DNA from: Candidatus Woesebacteria bacterium RBG_16_42_24
GTDB taxonomy: Bacteria > Patescibacteriota > Microgenomatia > UBA8517
Length of the DNA: 64,000 bases
NCBI GenBank assembly: GCA_001792115.1
Contig: MGFX01000006.1
Coordinates: 82,537-146,536, forward strand
Reading direction: 5' to 3'
Positions 17,300-26,207 of this stretch are shown here, piece after piece. A program made the position numbers and the translations under genes. Below the pieces are notes generated by a model, which was not told the DNA's origin, made no database searches, and saw only the letters and a program-made list of their open reading frames with translations. How positions within the stretch are numbered: the first letter of the stretch is position 1; each line of letters starts with the position of its first letter.

Positions 17300-19084
17300 A
17301 TGTGCGGCGTTTTCGGTTACTCAGGAGAAGAGAAAGAAGATCTTGCGGGCTATATTTTAGAGGGTCTTAAGAAACTTGAATACAGGGGCTACGATTCTTC
17401 GGGGATTGCGGTTTTTAAAAAAGGGAAAGTTAGGATAATAAAAGAGGTTGGGGAGCTTGCTAACCTCAGAAAACGCCTCAAAGGAAAGCATCTTTCCGGA
17501 AATTTGGGAATAGGCCATACCCGCTGGGCCACACACGGAGGAGTGACCAGAAAAAATGCTCATCCGCATACCGATTGCCTGGGAAAAATCGCCGTTGTCC
17601 ACAACGGGATAATGGAAAACTACGAAGAGATAAAACAAAAGCTTCTTGGGTTGGGTCACAAATTCAAATCCGAAACCGATACCGAGATTTTCCCGCATCT
17701 TATTGAAGAAAAAATAAAAAAAGATAGGAATTTGTCTTTTTCCGAGGCCGTAAGATTAAGTTTTAACCAAATCGAGGGGCTCAATGCCGTTTGTGCATGT
17801 TGTTCCGACGGAGAAATAGTGGCTTTTAGAAAAGGCTCGCCTTTGGTTGCGGGATTGGGAGAAAAGGGAAATTTTGTAAGTTCCGATATTCCGGGCTTGA
17901 GTTGCCTTACCAGAAAAATAGTAATTTTGGAGGAGGGGGAGGGCGTAAGCGTTACAAAAGAACGCGTGGTTAAAATAAACTCCAAAACGGGCAAGAGAGC
18001 TTTAGCTAAGGAAACCTTTGTGGATATGGAAGAAAAAGAGGCGGCCAGAGGAAATTTTCCCTACTTTCTCATTAAGGAAATTTTTGAACAACCCGAGGTC
18101 GTTGCCAGGGTCGCGGCAAGTGACAAAAAAGAAATTAAGAAAGCAGTCGAAATGATTAAAAAATCTTGGGGAACTTATTTTACGGCCTGTGGAACGGCAG
18201 CCCATTCAGGACTTGCAGCAACTTATATGTTTTCTGAAATCGCCAAAAGGCACGTTAATTTTGCCTTTGGCAGCGAGTTTCCTTATTTTAACGACTTTTT
18301 AGTTCCTAAATCTCTTCTTATTGCTGCATCTCAGTCCGGAGAAACTATGGATACTTTGGAGGCGGTAAGGGCAGCCAAGAAAAAAGGTGCTAAAGTTTTG
18401 TCTTTGGTCAATGTTCCCAGCTCCACATTAACCCGGCTTTCGGATAAAACAATACTTCTTAAGGCAGGACCAGAAAGGGCGGTATTATCGACAAAATCGT
18501 ATATCGCCAAATTGTCCTTTTTCCTTCTTTTTGCCTATGCTATTGCCGGGAGGTTGAATTTGGGAATAAAAATTTTGCAAGAAACCTCCAAAGAAATGGT
18601 CAGAATGCTTAAAAGGGGCTTAGAGGCAAAAATGAAAAAACTTGCCAAGAAACTCTCCGGTTGCGAGCACATTTATATCATCGGAAGGGGAGTAAATTAC
18701 GCAACGGCCCTAGAAGGTGCCCTTAAAATCAAGGAGGCAAGCTATATCCATGCAGAAGGATTTCCCGCGGGGGAGTTAAAGCATGGTGTTATTGCGCTTA
18801 TTGAGCCGGGAACTCCTTGTTTCTGCATTATAGCGAAAGACAGAGCAAAAGAGGCAGTGCTATCTAACGCAATGGAGTTAAAAAGTCGAGGGGGTTATAT
18901 AATTGGAATTTCTTCCGAAAGGCAAAGCGTTTTTGATGTGTGGATACAAGTTCCGGAGGTGGGGGCAGCCTCGCCGATTGTTAGTATTATCCCCATGCAA
19001 CTTTTGGCGTATCATCTGACCCTGATTAAAGGCTATAATCCCGATAGACCAAGAAATTTGGCAAAATCGGTTACAGTTAGATGA
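17300..19084 (+). CDS. glmS: Glutamine--fructose-6-phosphate aminotransferase
   Basis: Starts MCGVFGY (Ntn glutaminase Cys2). Two SIS domains. Ends ...AKSVTVR. Confidence 0.95.
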   Translation: MCGVFGYSGEEKEDLAGYILEGLKKLEYRGYDSSGIAVFKKGKVRIIKEVGELANLRKRLKGKHLSGNLGIGHTRWATHGGVTRKNAHPHTDCLGKIAVVHNGIMENYEEIKQKLLGLGHKFKSETDTEIFPHLIEEKIKKDRNLSFSEAVRLSFNQIEGLNAVCACCSDGEIVAFRKGSPLVAGLGEKGNFVSSDIPGLSCLTRKIVILEEGEGVSVTKERVVKINSKTGKRALAKETFVDMEEKEAARGNFPYFLIKEIFEQPEVVARVAASDKKEIKKAVEMIKKSWGTYFTACGTAAHSGLAATYMFSEIAKRHVNFAFGSEFPYFNDFLVPKSLLIAASQSGETMDTLEAVRAAKKKGAKVLSLVNVPSSTLTRLSDKTILLKAGPERAVLSTKSYIAKLSFFLLFAYAIAGRLNLGIKILQETSKEMVRMLKRGLEAKMKKLAKKLSGCEHIYIIGRGVNYATALEGALKIKEASYIHAEGFPAGELKHGVIALIEPGTPCFCIIAKDRAKEAVLSNAMELKSRGGYIIGISSERQSVFDVWIQVPEVGAASPIVSIIPMQLLAYHLTLIKGYNPDRPRNLAKSVTVR

Positions 19085-20073
19085 AAAAGAAAAAGGTCGT
19101 CGTTATCGGTGGGGGAACAGGGACCTACACCGTTCTTTCCGGACTTCGAAAGTATCCACTTCATCTTTCTGTGATTATTACCATGATGGACTCCGGAGGA
19201 AGCAATCGTGTGATACGCGACGAGTTCGGGCTCCTTCCAACCAGCGATATCAGGCAATGTATGGTTGCTTTGGCATCGGATAAGTCCCACGAACTTCTAA
19301 GACAGCTTTTTACCTATCGCTATAACGCAGGTACCGGGATTTCGGGAATGACATTTGGCAATCTTTTTATGGCGGCCTTAACCGACATCCATGGTTCCCA
19401 GGAAGTTGCAATTGAAAAAACCTGCGAAATGCTGGACGTCCAGGGAGAAATATTTCCAGTGACTTATGACAATGTTCAGCTTATCGCAAGGTACGACAAC
19501 GGTAAACAGGTTTTGGGGGAGCACTACATCGATGAACCGAGTGACGAATTAGGCAAGCAAAAAATCATCGAACTCGAAGTAATTCCAGAAGCCAGAGTTA
19601 ATCCAAAGGCAATTAAGGCCGTAAATGAAGCGGACCTTATTGTTTTGGGTCCGGGGGACCTTTATACCAGCATCATTTGTAATTTAATAATTAGAGGAGT
19701 AGCAGAAGCCATAACCAAATCCAAGGCAAAAAAAGTTTATATACTGAATCTTATGACTAAATTTGGCCAAACACACGGCTTTTTGGCAAGTGACCATATT
19801 GAAACTTTGGAAAAATATTTGGGGAAGGGAGCCATTGATTTCTGCTTAGTAAATACGGGAAACGACTATCCTAAAGATATACTTGATAAATATAAGGAGG
19901 AGGGGGCGGTTCCCGTTAAGGATGATTTGGGTAAGCCATCTTCCTTTCTGGTTATAAGAAAAAAGCTCGACTCTGACAAGGTATTTGAAAAGGCCAAAAG
20001 CGATAAACTCAAAAGAAGCCTTATTCGCCATGACCCGAAAAAATTAGCCCGCGCCATTGTTTCTCTTCTCTAA
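19081..20073 (+). CDS. YvcK/CofD-like gluconeogenesis-factor family protein (UPF0052)
   Basis: VVVIGGGTG...DSGGSNRVIRDEFGLLPTSDIRQCMVALA matches the YvcK family (GGGTG...LPPGDIRNC). Confidence 0.8.
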   Translation: MKKKKVVVIGGGTGTYTVLSGLRKYPLHLSVIITMMDSGGSNRVIRDEFGLLPTSDIRQCMVALASDKSHELLRQLFTYRYNAGTGISGMTFGNLFMAALTDIHGSQEVAIEKTCEMLDVQGEIFPVTYDNVQLIARYDNGKQVLGEHYIDEPSDELGKQKIIELEVIPEARVNPKAIKAVNEADLIVLGPGDLYTSIICNLIIRGVAEAITKSKAKKVYILNLMTKFGQTHGFLASDHIETLEKYLGKGAIDFCLVNTGNDYPKDILDKYKEEGAVPVKDDLGKPSSFLVIRKKLDSDKVFEKAKSDKLKRSLIRHDPKKLARAIVSLL

Positions 20074-20080
20074 CCACACT

Positions 20081-20147
20081 TTTACTATAGATTCAAGAAT
20101 GCCTCACAATTTATTGTGAGAATGAATTGAACCTAGAGCTATAATCT
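20081..20147. repeat. Copy 1 of a ~65-bp dispersed repeat with an internal hairpin (TTTTACTATAGATTCAAGAA..CTCRCAATTYATTGYGAG.ATGAATTGAACCTAGAGCTAYAATCT)
   Basis: Near-identical to 27573..27640 (inverted there) and partially to 46328..46385. Confidence 0.8.
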
Positions 20148-20235
20148 TCCTTTAGAGGCATAGGCCACCCACATTGTCGGTGGATGATTTTACCCTTGTC
20201 TATTTTTTGGTAACTTCTTATACTGGAGGACGACA

Positions 20236-20556
20236 ATGCAGGAATGTATTTTCTGTAAGATTATTAATAAAGAAATTCCGAAAAAGCTTGAGGCTGAAAC
20301 TGCCAACCTTCTAGCCTTTAAAGATATAAATCCCAAAGCCCCAGTGCACCTTTTGATAGTTCCCAAAGAACACGTTCAGGATATAAGATACGATAGTGGT
20401 GTTATTTGGGCTTCAATGGGTAAACTGGCGGTTAAGCTTGCAAAGGATAAAAAACTAAAGAGTTTTCGCTTGGTACATAATACGGGTGAGGCGGCGGCGG
20501 TGCCTCATATGCATATGCATCTTTTGGGGGAAGTGGCGGCAACCAGGGAAGTATGA
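20236..20556 (+). CDS. HIT-family (histidine triad) nucleotide hydrolase
   Basis: CIFCKII...LLIVPKEHV...VPHMHMHLLG (HxHxHxx histidine triad). Confidence 0.85.
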   Translation: MQECIFCKIINKEIPKKLEAETANLLAFKDINPKAPVHLLIVPKEHVQDIRYDSGVIWASMGKLAVKLAKDKKLKSFRLVHNTGEAAAVPHMHMHLLGEVAATREV

Positions 20557-20993
20557 TCACAAGTACCATTAATCAAAAAATTCAGGAAGCCATGAAGGCC
20601 AGGGACGATGTTAGGGTTTCGACTTTGAGGCTTTTATCCTCGGCTTTTAATTACGAAAGAATTGCCAAACAGCACGAATTAACCAAGGAGGAGGAATTGG
20701 TAGTTGTTAAGCGCGAGGCCAAAAAGCGCCTTGAGGCAATTGAGGCGTACGAGAAAGCCAAGGTTCAGGAGAAAGCAGATAGAGAGAAAGAAGAACTTGC
20801 CATTTTGGGGGAGTTTTTACCCAAACAAATGTCTGATGAAGAATTAGAAAAAATTGTCGAAGAAGTGGTCAGGGAAACCGGGGCAACTTCCATAGCCGAT
20901 ATGGGAAAAGTGATGGGGGTAGCTATGGGTAAAGTTTCCGGTCGCGCAGACGGTGGCAGGGTTTCCGAATTGGTTAAGAGCAAGCTCTCATAA
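20553..20993 (+). CDS. yqeY: GatB/YqeY-domain protein
   Basis: INQKIQEAMKARDDVRVSTLRLL...ELTKEEELVVVKREAKKRLEAIEAYEKA, the typical YqeY pattern. Confidence 0.78.
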   Translation: MITSTINQKIQEAMKARDDVRVSTLRLLSSAFNYERIAKQHELTKEEELVVVKREAKKRLEAIEAYEKAKVQEKADREKEELAILGEFLPKQMSDEELEKIVEEVVRETGATSIADMGKVMGVAMGKVSGRADGGRVSELVKSKLS

Positions 20994-21031
20994 TATTGTG
21001 CGACTAGCTTTAAAGGAGCCTCCCTTAAAGT

Positions 21032-21418
21032 ATGATAAAGGTAAGCGTAGTAAAACAATCTAATTATCCTGTTTCGACACCCGCTCTAAAGAAAAAACTT
21101 AGCGAATTTTTTATGAAAAATGGGATAACTTCGGACGCAGAAACCTCTGTGGTAATAGTGGGAGAGGCCAAAATGCGGGAGACTTCAAGAAAATACCTTA
21201 AGGACGGTTCGCTTCACAACGTTCTTTCTTTTACCCCCGACGAGGTTAGAGAAAAGTTTGAATACCCTCCGGACGCCGCTCTTCAGTTGGGCGAGATAAT
21301 TGTTTGCTACCCGGTTGCGGTTGTTGAAGCAAAGAAAGAAGGAAAGTTAGTTAATGAGAAAATATATGAACTGGTTGAGCATGGGGGGAAGCACCTTTTA
21401 GGCCTACACCATGAGTAA
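21032..21418 (+). CDS. ybeY: Probable rRNA maturation endoribonuclease YbeY
   Basis: C-terminal HGGKHLLGLHHE resembles the YbeY H..HG.LHL.G.DH zinc motif. Size ~130 aa. Confidence 0.6.
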   Translation: MIKVSVVKQSNYPVSTPALKKKLSEFFMKNGITSDAETSVVIVGEAKMRETSRKYLKDGSLHNVLSFTPDEVREKFEYPPDAALQLGEIIVCYPVAVVEAKKEGKLVNEKIYELVEHGGKHLLGLHHE

Positions 21419-21534
21419 AAATTCAGTTTTTCAGTTTGTCAGTTGTCAGATATCAGTTGGTCAGTTTCTCTGATAAAGTCAGAATAACCGAAAAACCGAA
21501 ATCAGAAAACTGATACCCGATAAACCGATTAAAT

Positions 21535-23115
21535 ATGACCTTATACCTTAAATACCGTCCGCAAAAACTTGAGGAGTTAGATAGCGAGACGGTTCGAGAA
21601 TCACTCAAAAGGATCGTGGTTTCGGGAAAACCCCCTCACGCATTTCTGTTTGCCGGACCAAAGGGTACGGGAAAGACCTCTGCGGCAAGAATCATAGCCA
21701 AAATTCTTAATTGTGAGCGTTTAGCGTCAAGCAAGAAAACGGATAGTTCAATCGAGCCGTGTGGGAAGTGCGACCAATGTCTCTCGATTTCCCAGGATTC
21801 TAATCTGGACGTAATCGAGATGGACGCAGCGTCTCATCGGGGAATTGATGACGTACGCGCCCTAAGAGATGCGGTGAAGCTTGCTCCTGCCAAAGCGAGA
21901 AACAAGGTCTACATAATTGACGAGGTGCACATGTTAACTACCGAGGCCGCCAACGCTCTTCTTAAAACTCTTGAGGAGCCACCCAGCCACGTCTATTTCA
22001 TTTTGGCTACGACCAATCCAGAAAAACTTATTGAAACGATTCGTTCCCGGGTAACGTTAATTTCTTTTAAAAAGGCAACGAGAGATGAGATAGTTAGGTC
22101 GTTAAGAAGAGTTGTAAAGGGAGAAAAAATAAAGATCGAAGAGGATACTTTGGGGTTAATTGCCAAGGCAGCCGCAGGTTCGTTTCGAGACGCAGTTAAG
22201 ACCCTGGAGCAACTTCTCAGCGAAAAAAGGAATCTTTCTCCCGAGGTGGTTGGAGAGTTTCTTTTCCAAAGAAAAGCATTTGAGGCGGACTCGTTTTTGG
22301 CACTTTTAGCAAAGAAAGAAACAAAAAAAGCACTTCAAGAACTAGATGCTGCAGTTACCTCCGGAGTCTTGGTTTCGAATATTTTAATGGCTATGCTTGA
22401 GAGATTAAGGGGAGGACTCTTGGCGCTTTCGGGAATAGGAGAGGAGAAAATAGAAGGATTTGAGCGAAAAGAGATAATTTCACTCATTAAACTTTTTGGC
22501 AAGGCGGGAAAAGATATTGCGAGTTCGCCAATTGAGGAGTTGCCTTTGGAAGTTGCGATAGTGGAGTGGTGTGAGGGGACTATTGGTAGGTTGCAGTCCG
22601 TTCGCTTGAATCTTAACTCGCCTCTCGCCCCTGGCGAGACCAATTCCGTTCACTCCCGCTCGCGCGCTCACGACACGCTCGACTCCCGTGAACAGGATCT
22701 GGCTCGGACAAAAAGTTCTGCGTCTCGTCGTCAGACGGACGCTTCCTCAAGGAATTTAAAAGAAGTGAGTGAGGAAGTTTGGAGGAAGATTTTGGCAACG
22801 GTTAAGCCCATCAATACTTCGATTGAGGCACTTCTTCGTGCCGCAAGGCCGGTATCTTACGACGGGAACACTTTGACCTTAGGCGTTTTTTATAAGTTCC
22901 ATAAAGAGAGACTTGAGGATTTTCATCACAGGAGAATTTTAGAAGAAGTGGTGGGGAGAATCATGGGGAGTACCATCAAAGTAATTTGCATTCTGACTAG
23001 CCCTCCCGCAAAGATCGAAACTACTTCCAAGGAAATCCCAAAAGAGGAAGTGGTTTTGACCGAGGGAGGGGATGAAGATATAATAAAAGTTGCCAAAGAG
23101 ATATTTGGTAATTAA
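21535..23115 (+). CDS. dnaX: DNA polymerase III subunit gamma/tau
   Basis: FAGPKGTGKTSAARIIAKILNCE (Walker A) and a CGKCDQC zinc module. IIDEVHMLT (Walker B) and SRV sensor. Confidence 0.9.
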   Translation: MTLYLKYRPQKLEELDSETVRESLKRIVVSGKPPHAFLFAGPKGTGKTSAARIIAKILNCERLASSKKTDSSIEPCGKCDQCLSISQDSNLDVIEMDAASHRGIDDVRALRDAVKLAPAKARNKVYIIDEVHMLTTEAANALLKTLEEPPSHVYFILATTNPEKLIETIRSRVTLISFKKATRDEIVRSLRRVVKGEKIKIEEDTLGLIAKAAAGSFRDAVKTLEQLLSEKRNLSPEVVGEFLFQRKAFEADSFLALLAKKETKKALQELDAAVTSGVLVSNILMAMLERLRGGLLALSGIGEEKIEGFERKEIISLIKLFGKAGKDIASSPIEELPLEVAIVEWCEGTIGRLQSVRLNLNSPLAPGETNSVHSRSRAHDTLDSREQDLARTKSSASRRQTDASSRNLKEVSEEVWRKILATVKPINTSIEALLRAARPVSYDGNTLTLGVFYKFHKERLEDFHHRRILEEVVGRIMGSTIKVICILTSPPAKIETTSKEIPKEEVVLTEGGDEDIIKVAKEIFGN

Positions 23116-23117
23116 CT

Positions 23118-23405
23118 ATGTTTGATAAATTAAAACAACTAAACGAGCTAAGGAAGATGCGCTCCCAGGCTATGGGGCTACAAAAAGAGCTAGACCAGAT
23201 AATAGAAACTTATGAAAATAGGGGAGTAAAGGTGAAGGTAACCGGTTCGCAAAAGGTTGATTATATCGAGATTGACGGAGAAGAAAGGAGCGACATTAAG
23301 GACGCAATTAATGAAGCTATGAAGAGGGTTCAGAAAGAAGCAGCCAAGAAAATGTTAGAGATGGGTGGGGGGCTCTCCGGACTTCTTGGTAAAATGGGGC
23401 AGTGA
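23118..23405 (+). CDS. ybaB: Nucleoid-associated protein YbaB/EbfC
   Basis: 95 aa. KMRSQAMGLQKELDQI...VKVKVTGSQKVDYIEIDGE. Conserved dnaX-ybaB-recR synteny. Confidence 0.9.
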   Translation: MFDKLKQLNELRKMRSQAMGLQKELDQIIETYENRGVKVKVTGSQKVDYIEIDGEERSDIKDAINEAMKRVQKEAAKKMLEMGGGLSGLLGKMGQ

Positions 23406-23411
23406 GTGCTT

Positions 23412-23577
23412 CGTGGCAACGAATTTCTCAAAAACTCTCGTCGAGTCGGTACTGCTTTTTCAGAGTTGCCCACTCCTCGCTTGGCGTCTCGCCAACCCAA
23501 ATACTCTTATTAGAGGTTAGAACTTACCAGGGTTTGGCTCGACACATTTTTCGAAACTGTTGCCACTTCGCACGAGA
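23412..23577. ncRNA. Copy A of a ~165-nt conserved intergenic element (candidate structured RNA/MITE). Terminal inverted repeat GTGGCAAC...GTTGCCAC
   Basis: Shares long blocks with 50986..51142: GGCAACG.TTTTCTCAAAA.CTCTCGTCG, AGTTG.C.CACTCCTCGCTTRG.GTCTCGCC and CAGGTTTGGCTCGACAYATTTTTCGAAA. The 61-aa ORF inside it is not conserved in copy B. Confidence 0.5.
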
Positions 23578-23598
23578 TGAAAGATAATATAAGCGCTT

Positions 23599-24228
23599 AT
23601 GAAGATTCCAAAACCACTGGCCCGAGTTATTGAGGCTTTTGAAAAGCTTCCCGGGATAGGGCCAAAGACTGCGCAGCGTCTGACTTATTATTTACTTCAC
23701 GTTCCTCAATCGGAGCTTGATTTTTTTGCAGATGCACTAGGAAATCTTAAAAAGCAGACAATACTTTGTTCGAATTGTAAAAATGTTTCGGAGGTAGACC
23801 CCTGTCCAATTTGCCAAGATTCTTTCCGAGATTCTTCGACGATATTGGTTGTGGAGAACCCCTTAGATATCTTGGCTTTCGAAAGAACCGGAAAATATAA
23901 AGGCCTTTACCACGTCCTCCATGGGAGTATCAACCCGCTTGAAAATATAGGACCCGACGAGCTCTATATCGAAGACTTAGTTAAACGAATAACAAATAAC
24001 AAATTACGAATTAACGAGGTAATTATAGCCACAAACCCAACGATGGAAGGGGAGGCCACGGCGATGTACCTAAATAAAAAACTCAAAGCTCAAAACCCGC
24101 CTGCCGGCAGGCAAAACCCAAAACTCAAAGTAACAAGACTGGGGATGGGGATTCCTACGGGTGCTGATTTAGAGTATGCCGATGAGGTAACATTAAGGGA
24201 GGCAATTGAGGGGAGAAGGGAGATTTGA
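23599..24228 (+). CDS. recR: Recombination protein RecR
   Basis: LPGIGPKTAQRL (HhH), a CSNC...CPIC zinc finger and a Toprim domain. Confidence 0.9.
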   Translation: MKIPKPLARVIEAFEKLPGIGPKTAQRLTYYLLHVPQSELDFFADALGNLKKQTILCSNCKNVSEVDPCPICQDSFRDSSTILVVENPLDILAFERTGKYKGLYHVLHGSINPLENIGPDELYIEDLVKRITNNKLRINEVIIATNPTMEGEATAMYLNKKLKAQNPPAGRQNPKLKVTRLGMGIPTGADLEYADEVTLREAIEGRREI

Positions 24229-24263
24229 AATTACTAATTACAAATTACTAATTATCTATTGAC

Positions 24264-24719
24264 ATGAATATAAAATCTGGAGTTGCGAAAACTGCACAGC
24301 AAATTGCCCAACAGGCGGCAAAGCAGGTTGTCCAAGAACCTTTCGAGATGGCAAAGTCCGCGGCAAAACAAGTTGGTGCAGTAGAGGCAGTTAAGTCTAC
24401 CTCTCCACAGTACCAAGCACCGCAAGTTCCCCGGGCAACTGAGGCAGAGATTAGGAATCTTCACGAAAAAGACAAAAGCGTAAGTACTTCCCGATATCAA
24501 AGCTTACAAAAAGAAATTCAGGCAATAGCCATTCAAAAGAAAGAGAGGGAGAGGCAGGCTAAAGAGTTGGAAGAGACACAAAAGATGATGAAGAAAGATG
24601 CCTCTCGGCCACTGGTAGAGCCAGTAACAAAAACTAGTAGAAACCCACTCAAAGGGATGGCTAAAAAACTCTCAGACCTAGGAAAACGTGCCGAGATAAG
24701 AATGCCACCCTCCGGGTAA
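24264..24719 (+). CDS. Hypothetical coiled-coil protein
   Basis: Q/K/E-rich, no recognisable domain. Confidence 0.45.
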   Translation: MNIKSGVAKTAQQIAQQAAKQVVQEPFEMAKSAAKQVGAVEAVKSTSPQYQAPQVPRATEAEIRNLHEKDKSVSTSRYQSLQKEIQAIAIQKKERERQAKELEETQKMMKKDASRPLVEPVTKTSRNPLKGMAKKLSDLGKRAEIRMPPSG

Positions 24720-24725
24720 AGCCGG

Positions 24726-24748
24726 AATTTCCAATTTCCAATTTCCAA
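24726..24748. repeat. (AATTTCC)3 heptamer tandem repeat
   Basis: aatttccaatttccaatttccaa. Same unit as the arrays at 3931..4037, 26031..26060, 40232..40316 and 51304..51326. Confidence 0.9.
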
Positions 24749-24762
24749 TGTAAAATGGGTAA

Positions 24763-26205
24763 GTGTCGGATATTTATCTAACCAATACCCTTTCTCGAAA
24801 AAAAGAGAAATTTGAACCTATAAATCCCCCAAGAGTAGGAATGTATACCTGCGGACCTACAGTTTATGACTTTTCCACGATAGGGAATTTTAGAACCTAT
24901 ATAGCAGCAGACACGCTTCTAAGGGTTCTTAAATACAACGGCTTCGAGGTGACTTACATAATGAATATTACGGACGTTGGGCATTTGACCGGCGACAATT
25001 TAGGTGATGCAGACCTTGGGGAGGACAGGATGGAAAAATCAGCCCAGGCCCAGGGCAAGAGCGCGTGGGAGATTGCCAAGTATTATACAGAGGTCTTCTT
25101 AAAAGACTTTGAAAAACTAAACCTTACTAAACCAAATGTCTTCTCAAAAGCGACAGATCATATAAAGGAACAGATAGATCTTGTTTCAGGCCTTGAAAAG
25201 GTAGGATTTGCTTATAAGATCTCCGACGGAATCTATTTTGACACGGTAGCTTTCGAGAAAAAAACCGGCAAAAAATACGGAGAGCTTTCTACGCTGGACA
25301 TCATTAAAGAGGGGGCAAGGGTTGAGCCAAATCCCGAAAAGAAAAATCCCAGAGACTTTGCCATTTGGAAGTTTAGCCCTTCGGCAGGCTCAGGGTTGCC
25401 TAAGCGGCAAATGGAGTGGGATAGCCCTTGGGGGTTAGGGTTTCCGGGATGGCATTTAGAGTGCTCTGCAATGAGTATGAAATATCTTGGCGAGAGCTTT
25501 GATATCCATTGTGGAGGAGAGGACCTTCGTCAGACCCACCACCCCAACGAGATTGCCCAGTCAGAGGGGGTAAGCGGCAAAACCTTTGTTAAATATTGGG
25601 TGCACGCGACTTTCTTGCAGGTTGACGGAAAAAGAATGGGAAAAAGTTTGGGTAATGTCTATACGGTTAGCGATATTGAACGTAAAGGATTTGACCCCTT
25701 GGCCCTAAGATATCTTTATTTAACGTCGTACTATCGCGATACTCTCAATTTTACTTGGGAAAGCTTAACTTCTTCCCAAAATGCCTTGAATAAATTGAGG
25801 TCACAACTTCTGGCATTGAGAGAGTCTAGAAAAAGAACCGTTTTGTCGCGAGAAAAGGAAAAAAAGATGGAAGAGTTTCGAGCAGCATTCACCACAGCCG
25901 TAAACGACGACCTCAATACTCCGCGGGCACTGGCGGTAATGTGGGATATGTTTAAGAGTAATATTCCTGCGGAAGACAAGTATGATTTGGCGATCTCTTT
26001 TGATGACGTGTTGGGACTTAGTTTAGGGCGAATTTCCAGTTTCCAGTTTCCAATTTCCAAAGAGATTAAAGAACTGGTAGGGGAAAGAGAACGATTGAGG
26101 AAAGAAGGGAAATTTGAAGAAGCAGATAAAATCAGGGTTAAGATAGAAAAGACGGGATATGCATTGGAGGATCAGCCGGAAGGGACCAGAATCAAAAAAG
26201 CCTAA
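24763..26205 (+). CDS. cysS: Cysteine--tRNA ligase
   Basis: MYTCGPTVYDFSTIGNFRTY (HIGH region) and KMGKSLGN (KMSKS). Carries an in-frame heptamer-repeat insertion encoding SSFQFPISKE at 26031..26060. Confidence 0.9.
   Translation: MSDIYLTNTLSRKKEKFEPINPPRVGMYTCGPTVYDFSTIGNFRTYIAADTLLRVLKYNGFEVTYIMNITDVGHLTGDNLGDADLGEDRMEKSAQAQGKSAWEIAKYYTEVFLKDFEKLNLTKPNVFSKATDHIKEQIDLVSGLEKVGFAYKISDGIYFDTVAFEKKTGKKYGELSTLDIIKEGARVEPNPEKKNPRDFAIWKFSPSAGSGLPKRQMEWDSPWGLGFPGWHLECSAMSMKYLGESFDIHCGGEDLRQTHHPNEIAQSEGVSGKTFVKYWVHATFLQVDGKRMGKSLGNVYTVSDIERKGFDPLALRYLYLTSYYRDTLNFTWESLTSSQNALNKLRSQLLALRESRKRTVLSREKEKKMEEFRAAFTTAVNDDLNTPRALAVMWDMFKSNIPAEDKYDLAISFDDVLGLSLGRISSFQFPISKEIKELVGERERLRKEGKFEEADKIRVKIEKTGYALEDQPEGTRIKKA
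26031..26060. repeat. Heptamer (AGTTTCC/AATTTCC)4 repeat inserted in-frame within cysS
   Basis: aatttccagtttccagtttccaatttccaa, translated as FQFPISK within CysRS. Confidence 0.85.
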
Positions 26206-26207
26206 AA

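Noticed and set aside
20121-20147. Sigma70 promoter TTGAAC-N7-TATAAT inside the 65-bp repeat (a similar TTGAAT-N7-TATAAT at ~55360)
   Set aside because: The spacer between hexamers is 7 nt, far from the required 16-18 nt, so the hexamer matches cannot form a canonical promoter. Only the TG-TATAAT extended -10 near yebC is kept, at low confidence.
23402-23587. 61-aa ORF inside the conserved 165-nt element
   Set aside because: The second copy of the element (50986..51142) has indels that destroy the frame while nucleotide blocks stay conserved. Conservation is at the DNA/RNA level, not the protein level.
24533-24748. Minus-strand ORFs beginning MEIGNWK (also 25731..26060 and the 61-72-aa ORFs over other arrays)
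   Set aside because: They are produced by reading the AATTTCC heptamer arrays on the opposite strand. They overlap well-supported genes (cysS) or intergenic repeats and share only the repeat-encoded peptide.
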